A DNA stretch of 63,665 nucleotides, the filler included, from an uncultured Synergistales bacterium (GTDB taxonomy: Bacteria > Synergistota > Synergistia > Synergistales > Aminobacteriaceae), in assembly GCA_937897575.1 (NCBI GenBank). It is 5 parts of 5 records of this genome, joined end to end, with 100 filler letters (N's around TTAATTAATTAA, not from the genome) between each part and the next. Parts side by side here need not be neighbours in the genome. Positions count along the whole stretch, not along the records: positions 1 to 24,392 come from CALCQG010000026.1; positions 24,493 to 33,023 come from CALCQG010000029.1; 3 more parts are not named here. The stretch is one strand, 5' to 3'. Under the pieces are notes generated by a model. It was not told the origin of the DNA. It did no database searches and saw only the letters and a list, made by a program, of their open reading frames with translations. The position numbers and the translations under genes are program-made. Positions 17,360 through 26,958 of this stretch are shown here, piece after piece. Each line of letters opens with the position of its first letter. The stretch's first letter is position 1.

Positions 17360-19438
17360 ATGACGGAGAACATCGGTCAGCTTTTTCCCATCGTCGGAGA
17401 AAAAAAGAACCCTGCAGGGCGGAGAGGGGTGCCTCCCTCCGGCCTTGTGGCCCTTCTTCTCTGCCTTGTCGTGCTCTTGTGCGGCCCGGTCCATGCCGAG
17501 GGCGCCCAGACCCTTCGCCGGGACGAGTTCGTCTCCAAACTGCTGGGGGCGCGCGGCCTGCCGGTGGAGGGAGGCGATCCCGTGCGAAGCGCACTGGACT
17601 ATGACCTCATCCCTTCCTTCGAGGGGAACCCCGGTGCCTCCATCACGCGAGCCGAGGCCGTCCTGTTTGCCGTCCACAGCCTGGGGCTCTCTCACGAGGC
17701 GAAGGTTCTGGCCGACCTCGCGCTGCCCTTCAACGATGTCGGCGTTCTGCCTCCGATTTCCCGGGGTTCTGTGGTCGTGGCCCTGCACATGAAGCCTCAA
17801 CTGATCAAGAAAGGGGCGTCCACCTTCCGGCCGAGCCAGGCCATCGCCCCGGCGGAGGCAAAGAGTCTCCTGGCCGCCGTCGCCGGCGCGGGGAAACAGC
17901 TCCTTCTGTCCGTTGCCTACTCGCCCGCGCAGGGCATGACCGTGCGAGTCACCCATGAGGGGGCCTACACCGGCCTGCCGAAGTGGCGCGCCTTCGTCGG
18001 AGGGCACGCAACACGGGAGGAGGCCGATGCCCTCTGTGCCTCCATGAACGCCCTGGGCCTGGAGGCCACGGTGGACAGCTACAACTACGATTGGCGCGTC
18101 CGCACACCGCTCTACGACCGTTACGGCAAGGTGCGGCAGTTTCTGGATGCTGCGGCCTCTCTGGGACGGGAGGGCGTGGTGATGACCTCCAAGGGCCAGT
18201 GGGAGTCCGAGAATGTCCCCAAGTCGTGGATCGCGGTCACCCTCTCCCCGAATCACTTCGAGATCCGCCCGGTCTTTCCGCGGGACGGGCTCTCGGCCAT
18301 TGCCCCGCTGAGCTCCTTCGCGATGGACGGCGCTCTGGTCGCTATGAACGGCGGCTATTTCACCATTGCAGGGCGGGAGCGGGGGGCGCCCATCGGCACC
18401 ATAATGACCGGCGGCCGGATGGTGAACGCCCCGTACACGGGACGGACCACCATGGGGTGGAGCGGCATGGACAGTGTTTTGACGGGCAGGATCGGTCTGC
18501 GGACGACCGTCGACTTTCCCGGAATCGGGTTCATGGAGGTCACGGCGATCAACCAACCAGCCGTTAAGAACGGTGTCGTCCTGTACACGGAGCACTTCGG
18601 AGCCCGGACACCGGTGTCGTCGGACTCCGTGATCGAGATGGTGCTTGACGGCGACGTGGTTGAAGACGTCCGTCGCGTGGGCGGCAATCCTTTTGAGCCG
18701 GGAAAAAGCGTTCTCGCCGTATACGGCACCCCCACGCGCTATATCTCGTCGGTTCAGCCAGGGGATGTGTTGAAGGTGTCGCAGGTTATAGCAGGCGACG
18801 ATCCGCAGTGGAACGCTGTGCGAGAAGCCGTCCAGGGGGGGCCGTGTCTGATCCGGAACGGCCAGACCGTGACGGAGGATGAGCGAATGGAGGATTCCTT
18901 CCTGAACCGTCGTCATCCGCGGACCGTCCTGGGGCGGACCGAGAAGGGCGAATGGCTCTTTTTCGTCGGCGACGGGCGAAGTGCGATCCACAGCGTCGGA
19001 TTCACTCTTCAGGAGGTCACGGACATCCTGAAGAAGATGGGTGTCGTGCACGCCCTCAACCTCGACGGCGGCGGTTCGTCCACCATGCTCGAACGAGGGC
19101 GGGTGTTGAACGTTCTTTCAGACGGCCGAGAGCGCCCGATCAGCTATGGAATCGGCGCGTTCCCGAAAGGAGGGGTGCCCGCGGCCTTCGCGCCCCGAGT
19201 ACAATACGGTACGGTGCCGTTTCCGTTATTTCAAAGGACTGAGGATGGAAGGAGCTTACAAGACGATGACAATGCGCAAACAGGTGACGACGGTTTTGAC
19301 GGTGATTCTCTGCACGGTGTTCCTCACCCTCTCCCCGGCTTGGGCAGCGACCCAGGAGAAGGCGGCCCCCACGCCCGTGAACCTCGGGCAGGACGGCAGC
19401 AAGATGCAGTGGTACATCGTGAACTACGGCAAGGATGA
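17360..19438 (+). CDS. Exported phosphodiester glycosidase (NAGPA) family protein with SLH-like and SPOR-like regions
   Basis: Signal peptide (LVALLLCLVVLLCGPVHA), SLH-like ITRAEAV/PFNDV/FRP, MNGGYF, RHPRTVLG, VGDGR and ALNLDGGGSS. The 3' end is uncertain because it overlaps the next gene. Confidence 0.78.
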   Translation: MTENIGQLFPIVGEKKNPAGRRGVPPSGLVALLLCLVVLLCGPVHAEGAQTLRRDEFVSKLLGARGLPVEGGDPVRSALDYDLIPSFEGNPGASITRAEAVLFAVHSLGLSHEAKVLADLALPFNDVGVLPPISRGSVVVALHMKPQLIKKGASTFRPSQAIAPAEAKSLLAAVAGAGKQLLLSVAYSPAQGMTVRVTHEGAYTGLPKWRAFVGGHATREEADALCASMNALGLEATVDSYNYDWRVRTPLYDRYGKVRQFLDAAASLGREGVVMTSKGQWESENVPKSWIAVTLSPNHFEIRPVFPRDGLSAIAPLSSFAMDGALVAMNGGYFTIAGRERGAPIGTIMTGGRMVNAPYTGRTTMGWSGMDSVLTGRIGLRTTVDFPGIGFMEVTAINQPAVKNGVVLYTEHFGARTPVSSDSVIEMVLDGDVVEDVRRVGGNPFEPGKSVLAVYGTPTRYISSVQPGDVLKVSQVIAGDDPQWNAVREAVQGGPCLIRNGQTVTEDERMEDSFLNRRHPRTVLGRTEKGEWLFFVGDGRSAIHSVGFTLQEVTDILKKMGVVHALNLDGGGSSTMLERGRVLNVLSDGRERPISYGIGAFPKGGVPAAFAPRVQYGTVPFPLFQRTEDGRSLQDDDNAQTGDDGFDGDSLHGVPHPLPGLGSDPGEGGPHAREPRAGRQQDAVVHRELRQG

Positions 19439-19790
19439 TGCGGCGCACTTCGCGGTGGCGAGAAAGTACTATACCAATGCGAGCGAGAAGAAGAAGACCG
19501 TCGAGCTGCTGATGTCGAAGTTCGGCCTGTCCCAGGAGGCCGCGCAGAAGCTGTACTTTACGGAGTACGGCTACACCTACTCGAAGGACGGAAAGCAGTT
19601 CGCCCTGACCTACCTCACGCACTACGACATGGTGGGCACAGTGGTCTATTCCACGGAGTACCCGGACACGGCGCGCGAGTACGTCGTCATGTCGAAGAAC
19701 ATGGTGCCCTATAAGGCCTATCTCTACGCCACTGGCAAGAGGGTCGCGCCTCCGGTGCAGAGAAACGCCGCCCCGAAGGTCGTGAAGTAG
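19266..19790 (+). CDS. Secreted hypothetical protein (Tyr/Lys-rich)
   Basis: RBS GGAAGGAG; signal peptide MTMRKQVTTVLTVILCTVFLTLSPAWA; typical GC3 codon usage; followed by a terminator. Confidence 0.75.
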   Translation: MTMRKQVTTVLTVILCTVFLTLSPAWAATQEKAAPTPVNLGQDGSKMQWYIVNYGKDDAAHFAVARKYYTNASEKKKTVELLMSKFGLSQEAAQKLYFTEYGYTYSKDGKQFALTYLTHYDMVGTVVYSTEYPDTAREYVVMSKNMVPYKAYLYATGKRVAPPVQRNAAPKVVK

Positions 19791-19797
19791 CGAGATG

Positions 19798-19830
19798 AAA
19801 AAGAGCCCGGGGTCCCCCGGGCTCTTTTTT
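19798..19830 (+). terminator. Intrinsic (possibly bidirectional) terminator
   Basis: AAAAAGAGCCCGGG-GTCC-CCCGGGCTCTTTTTT. Confidence 0.85.
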
Positions 19831-19931
19831 ACAGCGTGATAGACCCTTCGGCGCCATGGACGTCCGCGGTGCTGAAGAGAGACAGTTCGAATCCTCCCCT
19901 TCTGGGGGAGGTCCCACCGGGAGGGACTCCA

Positions 19932-20384
19932 ATGATCGTCGATGCGCGTACGAACATGAACCGATACCTCTTTCTCCCCGGAGATCTGGGGACGGCGCTG
20001 GCGTATCTCGCCGAACGGGATCTTCGTTCGCTCCCTGACGGACGGTCGGATATCCCGGGGTCGGGCGCTTTTCTGACGCTCCAGGACAGGAGGACGGTCC
20101 GTCCCTCCGAGGAGCCCTTCGAGGTCCACAGGATGTTTGTGGATGTCCATATCCTCCTCGAGGGGGAGGAGTGGATCGGCTATGCCCCCGTGACGGAGGG
20201 TACCCCTCTCGGCCCCTACGACGCCGAATCGGACAGGAGTGTCTTCACCGGACGGGGCAGTTTTTTCCGCGCGACCCCGGGGCTCTTCTTCGTATTTTTC
20301 CCCCAGGACGGGCACAAGACCTGCATTGCCATGGAGACGAGGGGTATGGTGCGAAAGATCGTGGTCAAGGTGCCGGCCCAATGA
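19932..20384 (+). CDS. YhcH/YjgK/YiaL family protein
   Basis: MIVD start; FEVHRMFVDVHILLEGEEWIG, YDAESD, PGLFFVFFPQDGH and VRKIVVKV motifs. Confidence 0.88.
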   Translation: MIVDARTNMNRYLFLPGDLGTALAYLAERDLRSLPDGRSDIPGSGAFLTLQDRRTVRPSEEPFEVHRMFVDVHILLEGEEWIGYAPVTEGTPLGPYDAESDRSVFTGRGSFFRATPGLFFVFFPQDGHKTCIAMETRGMVRKIVVKVPAQ

Positions 20385-20878
20385 CGTCCGTGGTCGAGGC
20401 GGAGGATGTCCGGTTCATGGGCCTTGCCCTCGCCGAGGCCCATGAGGCCTTGATGCGGGGCGATGTCCCCATCGGCGCCGTTCTGGTGAAGGAGGGCTCG
20501 GTCCTTGCCGTCGGGAGCAACAGGAAGACGGACGATCCGACGGCCCATGCGGAGATCGAGGCCATCCGGAAAGGCGCAGCGCGTCTCGGCCGGTGGAACC
20601 TGACCGGCTGTACGCTCTATGCGACGCTGGAGCCCTGTGCCATGTGTGCGGGCGCCCTGGTGCTCGCCAGAGTCTCTACCCTGGTGTTCGGGGGGAGGGA
20701 CCCGCGAGCCGGAGCCTGCGGCACGCTGTACAATATCGTCGAGGACGGCCGGCTGAACCATCGGTGCACCGTCCGGAGGGGTGTCCTGGGGGAGGAGTGC
20801 ACCGGTCTTCTGGTGGACTATTTCAGAAAAAGACGGGATGCCCGACGGCTGGAGCAGTCCGCCGTATTGCGGATTTGA
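20381..20878 (+). CDS. tadA: tRNA adenosine(34) deaminase
   Basis: PIGAVLV, DPTAHAEI and TLEPCAMCAGA motifs; ATGA overlap with the upstream gene. Confidence 0.9.
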   Translation: MTSVVEAEDVRFMGLALAEAHEALMRGDVPIGAVLVKEGSVLAVGSNRKTDDPTAHAEIEAIRKGAARLGRWNLTGCTLYATLEPCAMCAGALVLARVSTLVFGGRDPRAGACGTLYNIVEDGRLNHRCTVRRGVLGEECTGLLVDYFRKRRDARRLEQSAVLRI

Positions 20879-20962
20879 TCCCGTGGCTGTGGACTTTTCC
20901 AACGTCAAAGGATACAATTTAAACGCGATCGAAATCTACCGGAAGCATGAGGAGGGTACAGT

Positions 20963-21400
20963 ATGTTTTTACGTCGTCTCACGGTGTTGTTTGTCCTGGC
21001 GGTGCTCCTGTTCGGATTTTCCTCTGCGGCGATGGCCAACGAGAAAATTGGAGTGATAGATTCCCAGAAGATCGTGTTCCAGCATCCGAAGTTCGAGGCA
21101 GTGACGAAACAGCTTCAGACGATCAGCAAGACGAAGGAAAACGAGATGAAGCTCGCCGTCGACAAGGAACCGGACCAGAACAAGAAGGCCGAGATCTTCA
21201 ACATGAAGCGCAATGAGCTCGCTCAGGAAGAGCAGCGCCTGATGGACCCCATTTTCCGCGAGGCGCAGCTGGCCGTCCGGACGGTAGCGAAGGTCAAGGG
21301 CGTCACCGTCGTCATCGAGAAGGCCTCCGTCTACTTCGGCGGACTGGACATCACCGACGACGTGATCCAGGAGCTCAAGAAGAACGCAGCGAAAAAATAA
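20963..21400 (+). CDS. ompH: OmpH/Skp family periplasmic chaperone
   Basis: Signal peptide, KIGVIDSQKI, coiled coil, VYFGGLDITDDVI. Confidence 0.88.
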   Translation: MFLRRLTVLFVLAVLLFGFSSAAMANEKIGVIDSQKIVFQHPKFEAVTKQLQTISKTKENEMKLAVDKEPDQNKKAEIFNMKRNELAQEEQRLMDPIFREAQLAVRTVAKVKGVTVVIEKASVYFGGLDITDDVIQELKKNAAKK

Positions 21401-21496
21401 CAGCGGGGCCGAGGACAACCCGCCACGCATCGTTGAGGACACGTCGTTCCGCAGAGGGACCGAGGTGTCCTCTTCTTCTATGGAGAACAGGATGCC

Positions 21497-22324
21497 ATGA
21501 GAAAATTGCTCGTGACGGATATCGATAAGACCCTCTCCCGAGGGGAGACCGTCGCTCCCGAGGTCTGCGAGGCATGTTCGCGGCTTCGGCGCGGGGGGTG
21601 GGACATCATGGTGGCGACAGGGCGGGTTCTCACCACCGCGCGGCCCCATATCCTGGCCGTAGGCTCCGAGATGCCCGCCATCGTGTACGACGGCGCCCGG
21701 GTGATGGATGTGGCCACAGCCGCGCCGCTGTTCGAGACCTCCATGAGCCCCGGCCTTGTTCTCGATGTCCTCGAGGCCACATGGAACGCGCCGGTGGAGC
21801 TCCAGGTCATGGGCGACGAAGCGGCCTTCTGCCGCGTCCAGGACGTGACGACCCGGGCCTTCTTCTCCTCCGCCGACCTGCCAGTGCAGGATGCCCTTGA
21901 ATCTCCTCGTGCCCTGGAGGGCATCTTCCGCGTCATCTTCTTCGGCCAGCCGGAAATCGTCCGGGACCTGAGCGCGGAGCTCTCGGCCCGCTTTGCCGGC
22001 CGGGCGGAAGTAGTCCTCTCGGGGGACCGTTTCCTCGACGTCCTGCCCGCAGGTGTTTCCAAAGGGGCGGCCCTCATGCGCTTTCTGAAGGGTCTTCCCG
22101 AGCGTCCCGATATCCTGGTGGCCGCCGGCGACCATCATAACGATCTGGCTCTTTTCGAGGCGGCCGATGTGGTCGCGGCGCCAGAGGACGCGGCGGAGGA
22201 GATCGTCGGGCGGGCGGACATCATCATGCCATCTGTGGCCCGGCACGGTTTCGCCCTTCTGGCGGACTATCTCCTTCAGGGGGACGTGATCGGACGCCCA
22301 TTCAAACCTGTAGTATTATTATGA
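21497..22324 (+). CDS. Cof-like HAD hydrolase
   Basis: DIDKTL, ATGR, LDVLPAGVSKG and GDHHNDLALF motifs. Confidence 0.87.
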   Translation: MRKLLVTDIDKTLSRGETVAPEVCEACSRLRRGGWDIMVATGRVLTTARPHILAVGSEMPAIVYDGARVMDVATAAPLFETSMSPGLVLDVLEATWNAPVELQVMGDEAAFCRVQDVTTRAFFSSADLPVQDALESPRALEGIFRVIFFGQPEIVRDLSAELSARFAGRAEVVLSGDRFLDVLPAGVSKGAALMRFLKGLPERPDILVAAGDHHNDLALFEAADVVAAPEDAAEEIVGRADIIMPSVARHGFALLADYLLQGDVIGRPFKPVVLL

Positions 22325-22365
22325 AAAAAGTACGCACGACGAACTGAAAAGAGGGGGGCAATACC

Positions 22366-22863
22366 ATGTCGGAACCGCTCACGTTATCCCTTGTCCAGCT
22401 CGACTTTCCGGAGGATTGCAACGTCATCGTCGGGCAGAGCCATTTCATCAAGACCGTGGAGGATTTGTATGAAATTCTCGTCACGTCCTCGCCGACCCTT
22501 CGCTTCGGGATAGCATTCTGCGAGGCGTCGGGAGACTGCCTGATCCGTCGCGACGGGAACGACGCCGAGCTCACGGCCACCGCTGTGGCGAACGCGGAGC
22601 GGATCGCGGCGGGGCACTCCTTCATCGTCCTTCTGCGGGGCGGATACCCCATCAGCGTCCTGAACAGCATCAAGTCCTGCCAGGAGGTCTGCCGAATTTT
22701 CGCCGCCACGGCGAACCCCATCCAGGTCATCATCGCCGAGAGCGGCCAGGGCCGGGGTATTGCGGGCGTAATCGACGGATTCCCGCCCAAGGGCGTCGAG
22801 ACGGACGAACAGGTTCGTGACCGCATGAACCTCCTGCGGTCCATCATAGGGTACAAACGATAG
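22366..22863 (+). CDS. Adenosine-specific kinase family protein (DUF355)
   Basis: [38 protein letters not shown] and [10 protein letters not shown] motifs. Confidence 0.85.
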   Translation: MSEPLTLSLVQLDFPEDCNVIVGQSHFIKTVEDLYEILVTSSPTLRFGIAFCEASGDCLIRRDGNDAELTATAVANAERIAAGHSFIVLLRGGYPISVLNSIKSCQEVCRIFAATANPIQVIIAESGQGRGIAGVIDGFPPKGVETDEQVRDRMNLLRSIIGYKR

Positions 22864-22946
22864 AAGCTCTGCCCCTTCGCCCCTGCCCAGCGCGATCGGG
22901 TGAGGGACGATGGGGGGAGCACACTCTGTGCGAGGGGGATACGGGA

Positions 22947-23312
22947 ATGAATCTAACGGAAGTGGCGCGAATTTTGCGGGCGGAGGTCATCTGGGGCGAC
23001 GAATTTCTTGACAGCGTGGACGTCACGCACGCCTACGGCGCGGACCTCATGAGCGACGTCCTTGCCTTCGCGCGGCCCGGGACGCTGCTCATCACAGGCT
23101 TGACGAACATCCAGATCGTGCGTACGGCCCAGATGCTCGACCTCCCGGCGGTGCTCTTCGTCCGGGGGAAAAAACCTCAGGACAGCGCCGTCGCCCTGTC
23201 GAAGGAGGTTCGCCTGCCCATGCTCGTTTCGCCGATGAGCATGTTCGAGGCCTGCGGCCTCCTCTTCCAAAACGGAATACACCCCTGCACCGTTCCCGTC
23301 AGAGAGGGGTAG
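22947..23312 (+). CDS. DRTGG-domain protein
   Basis: GADLMSDVLAF, LLITGLTN.Q..RTA, FVRGK.P and MFEACG.L motifs. Confidence 0.85.
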   Translation: MNLTEVARILRAEVIWGDEFLDSVDVTHAYGADLMSDVLAFARPGTLLITGLTNIQIVRTAQMLDLPAVLFVRGKKPQDSAVALSKEVRLPMLVSPMSMFEACGLLFQNGIHPCTVPVREG

Positions 23313-23314
23313 TC

Positions 23315-23758
23315 ATGGCAGAATCGAAGGACAAGAAGCCCTATGCCGAGGAGTACGCCATCAACCCCGGGGACTTCTCAGCGATCGGCGAGGCCTCCAC
23401 GAAGTTCAAGGCCACCCTCGCCATGCTCGGCGTCCCTTCCGATGTGGTGCGTCGCGCGTCCATCGTCGCCTACGAGGCGGAGATGAACGTCCTCATCCAC
23501 GGCGGAGGAGGAAAGATCCAGCTCGTGGTCTATCCGGGCAGCATCGAGCTCACGGCGTCGGACAAAGGACCGGGGATCCCCGACGTCCAGAAGGCGATGC
23601 AGGAGGGGTATTCCACGGCAACGGACGACATCCGCGAGCTCGGATTCGGCGCGGGGATGGGCCTGCCGAACATCAAGAGGAACTCCGACGCCATGAGCCT
23701 GGAGACCGAAGTGGGAGAGGGAACGGTCTTGACGGCGATAATCAATTTCACCCGCTAG
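23315..23758 (+). CDS. Anti-sigma-factor-type Ser/Thr kinase (HATPase_c, RsbT-like)
   Basis: YEAEMN.IH (N box), DKGPGIPD (G1) and GFGAGMGLPN (G2). Confidence 0.88.
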   Translation: MAESKDKKPYAEEYAINPGDFSAIGEASTKFKATLAMLGVPSDVVRRASIVAYEAEMNVLIHGGGGKIQLVVYPGSIELTASDKGPGIPDVQKAMQEGYSTATDDIRELGFGAGMGLPNIKRNSDAMSLETEVGEGTVLTAIINFTR

Positions 23759-23803
23759 AGTGTCGCGCGAGCTGCGCGCCCGGGGGAGAGTCCCGGGGAA
23801 AGG

Positions 23804-24392
23804 ATGATGACGATGTCCGGAGGGATCAGAATTCGAGAAGAGCGGTGCAGAGGGTGTTCGAACTGCATCCGATCGTGCCCCACGGGGGCATTGCGAGTCA
23901 TCGACGGGCTGGTACGCATTACGGACGATCTTTGCATCGACTGCGGAGAATGCATCCGAAGCTGCGCAGTCAAGGCTTTGTGCATGAACGAGGACGACTG
24001 GGAGACCGTCAAGTCGAAGGGCAACGTGGTGCTCATGCCCGATCCCACGTTCTACATTCAGATCGGGGCCTACTCCCGGGTCCCGCTCATGAGAGAGGCG
24101 CTGGAGCTGCACGGATACCATGACCTCTCCAAGTACGCGGCGACGGCCTTCGATGTCGCGGCCTTCGCTGCGGCGGGCATCATCCGGGACAACAAGGAGA
24201 AGAGGCCGTACATATCCTCCTACTGTCCGGCGATCATCCGGCTGATCCAGATCAACTTCCCGGAGCTCGTCGGGCGCATTCTCCCCGTCGAGTCGCCCCT
24301 CGAGGCGGCGGTCCACATGTGGAAGAAGGATACGGGCAGCAGGGACAAGGTGACCCTCGTATCGCCCTGCCCCGCCAAGACCGCCCTCGTCC
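23804..24392 (+). CDS. 2x[4Fe-4S] / [FeFe]-hydrogenase-like protein, 3'-truncated at the contig end
   Basis: CRGCSNCIRSCP and CIDCGECIRSC, then ISSYCPA and VSPCPAK, which resemble H-cluster motifs P1 and P2. Confidence 0.78.
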
Positions 24393-24492
24393 NNNNNNNN
24401 NNNNNNNNNNNNNNNNNNNNNNNNNNNNNNNNNNNNTTAATTAATTAANNNNNNNNNNNNNNNNNNNNNNNNNNNNNNNNNNNNNNNNNNNN
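24393..24492. other. Artificial contig linker
   Basis: N44-TTAATTAATTAA-N44, giving stops in all six frames. Confidence 0.97.
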
Positions 24493-26958
24493 CAGTGTCA
24501 GGGCCGACTGCCCGAGTTGAATGTACCCGAGCCCCGATTCCGATATGAGGCGGATTTTCGACGCGATGGAGGGAATATCCTCGAAAAAGGCATAGGCTTC
24601 GTCCACGGACATGTTCAGGACGTCCGAGATGGATTTCCCCTTGAACTTCACCTCGAGGGTCTCGCGGTTGTAGCGTCGACCGCCGCAGACCTCGCAGGGG
24701 ACGTATACGTCGGGAAGGAAGAGCATGGAGACCTTCGTGGATCCGCCGCCTCCGCAGGCCTCGCATCGGCCGCCCTTCACGTTGAAGCTGAACCGGCCGG
24801 GCAGATAGCCTCTGAGCTTGGCCTCGGGAAGGGAGGCGTAGAGCTCCCGGATCAGCGAGAAGAGGCCGGTGTATGTGGCGGGGTTCGATCGGGGCGTCCG
24901 GCCGATGGGGCTCTGGTCAACCAGGATCACGTTCCGGAACTGCTGCCACCCCTCTATGGAGGTATGCGCTCCGGCCCGCTCGCGGTAGTCCCTGTCCATG
25001 AGGCGGCGCATGCCCTTGTACAGGACGTCGTAGACGAGGCTACTCTTGCCGGACCCAGAGACCCCCGTCACCACGGTGAAGACCCCTGTGGGAAAGGAGA
25101 CGTCGATGTTCTTCAGATTGTTGTGCCGCGCTCCGTGGACCGTGAGCCACTCTTGAGGCGCCCGCCTCTTTTGGCGGCGCAGGATCCCGTTCTCCTCTCC
25201 GCGGAGGTAGGGGCCCGTCAGGGCGTTCGATTGCAGGGCGTCCTGGAACGAGCCGGCGAAGACGATCTCGCCGCCCTGCTCCCCAGCGGCGGGGCCCATC
25301 TCGATGATGGCGTCGGCGGCGTTCATCGTCTCGGGGTCGTGCTCCACGACGACGACGGTGTTGCCGAGATCCCGGATGGTCTCGAGGGTCCTGACAAGCT
25401 TTGCCGTATCCTTGGAGTGGAGGCCGATGGTCGGCTCGTCGAGGACGTAGAGGACGCCGCTGAGCTTCGACCCGATCTGCGTGGCGAGGCGGATTCTCTG
25501 GCTCTCGCCGCCGCTCAGGGTGTCGGCCCGTCTCAGAAGAGAGAGGTAGCCCACGCCGACATCGGAGAGAAAAGAAAGCCTCCTTTTGACCTCCAGAAGG
25601 ACCTGATGCACGATCTTCTCCTCGCCCTGGGAGAAGGTCATCCCTTCTATGAGGGGGACAAGGTCATCGACGGGCATGGGAAGGAGGTCGCCGATCCCAT
25701 ACCCTTGCACGCGGATCGTAAGGGCCTCGGGTTTCAGGCGGAGCCCTCCGCAGCTCTGGCAGAGGTCCTCCACCCGATAGGTGGACAGCTCTTCCGTGAA
25801 GGCCTCGGACTGCGTGTCCCTCCACATCCGATCCAGCCACGGCAGAAGACCTTCGTACCGCCCCATGTAGGTCCGTTCACCCATGTTGTCGTGGAAAACC
25901 ATGGGCAGCCGGTCTGACGAGCCCTCGAGGATGAAGGATCTCACCTCGTCGGGCAGCCTCCCGTAGGGGACGGACAGGTCCCACTTCCGTTCCGAGGCGA
26001 ACTGCTCGAGTTTCGTCAGCATATAGTGCTTTTTCTTCCACGGCAGAAGGGCCCCATCCCGGATCGACCGATCGGGGTCCACGGCGAGCTCCTCGGAAAA
26101 GTACTGGTGGCTGCCCAGGCCCGAACAGGCAGGGCAAGCGCCGAAGGGGCTGTTGAAGGAGAAGAGCCGGGGTTCGACCTCGGGGAGGGTGATCTCGCAG
26201 TCGGGGCAGACGAAGTTCTCCGTCAGGCGCCGTTCCTCTCCGTGCTCCGGCACGATGAGGACGTAGCCACCGCTGAGCGAAAGGGCGCTTTCCACGGCCT
26301 CGGTGATCCTGCTTCTCCGGTCGTCCTGCACCCGCAGCCGGTCCACCACCACCTCGATGGTATGCCGTTTGTTCTTGTCGAGAGCGATCTCCTCCTCGAG
26401 CCAGAGGATGGTGCCGTCCACCCGGACGCGCATGAACCCCTTCTCCTTCGTCTGGACGAAGAGGTTCCTGAACTCGCCCTTCTTCCCCTGGACGAGAGGG
26501 GACAGGATCTCCAGCCGCTGCTCTTTGAAGTCCCGGAAGAGGATGTTCACGATCTCGTCGAGGGAGTATCGGATGACCGGTTTCCCGCACTTCGGACAGT
26601 AGGGTTTTCCCACCCGCCCGAAGAGCAGGCGGAAGTAGTCATAGATCTCCGTGACGGTCCCCACCGTGGATCTGGGGTTGTGGGACGTCCCCTTCTGCTC
26701 GATGGAGATGGCCGGGGAGAGCCCCGATATGTCGTCCACATCGGGCTTGTTCTGAATGCCCAAGAACTGTCGTGCGTAGACCGAGAGAGACTCGACGTAC
26801 CGCCGCTGCCCCTCGGCGTAGAGGGTATCGAAGGCCAACGAGGACTTTCCCGACCCCGAGGGGCCGGTGATCACGACGAGTTTGTTCTTCGGGATGTCAA
26901 CGTCTATGTTTTTTAAATTGTGCTCTCTTGCTCCGCGAATGCGTATCCACTGCAACAC
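24493..26958 (-). CDS. uvrA: Excinuclease ABC subunit A, 3'-truncated
   Basis: GAREHNLKN, two Walker A motifs ([18 protein letters not shown]), [12 protein letters not shown] and zinc fingers. Confidence 0.96.

Noticed and set aside
16881..20878. tRNA-Arg(ACG) lying about 3.4 kb from its modifying enzyme tadA
   Set aside because: They are separated by terminators and unrelated genes, so there is no evidence of co-regulation.
24437..24448. TTAATTAATTAA repeated four times in the window
   Set aside because: Artificial six-frame-stop linker inside N runs, not a biological repeat or target-site duplication.
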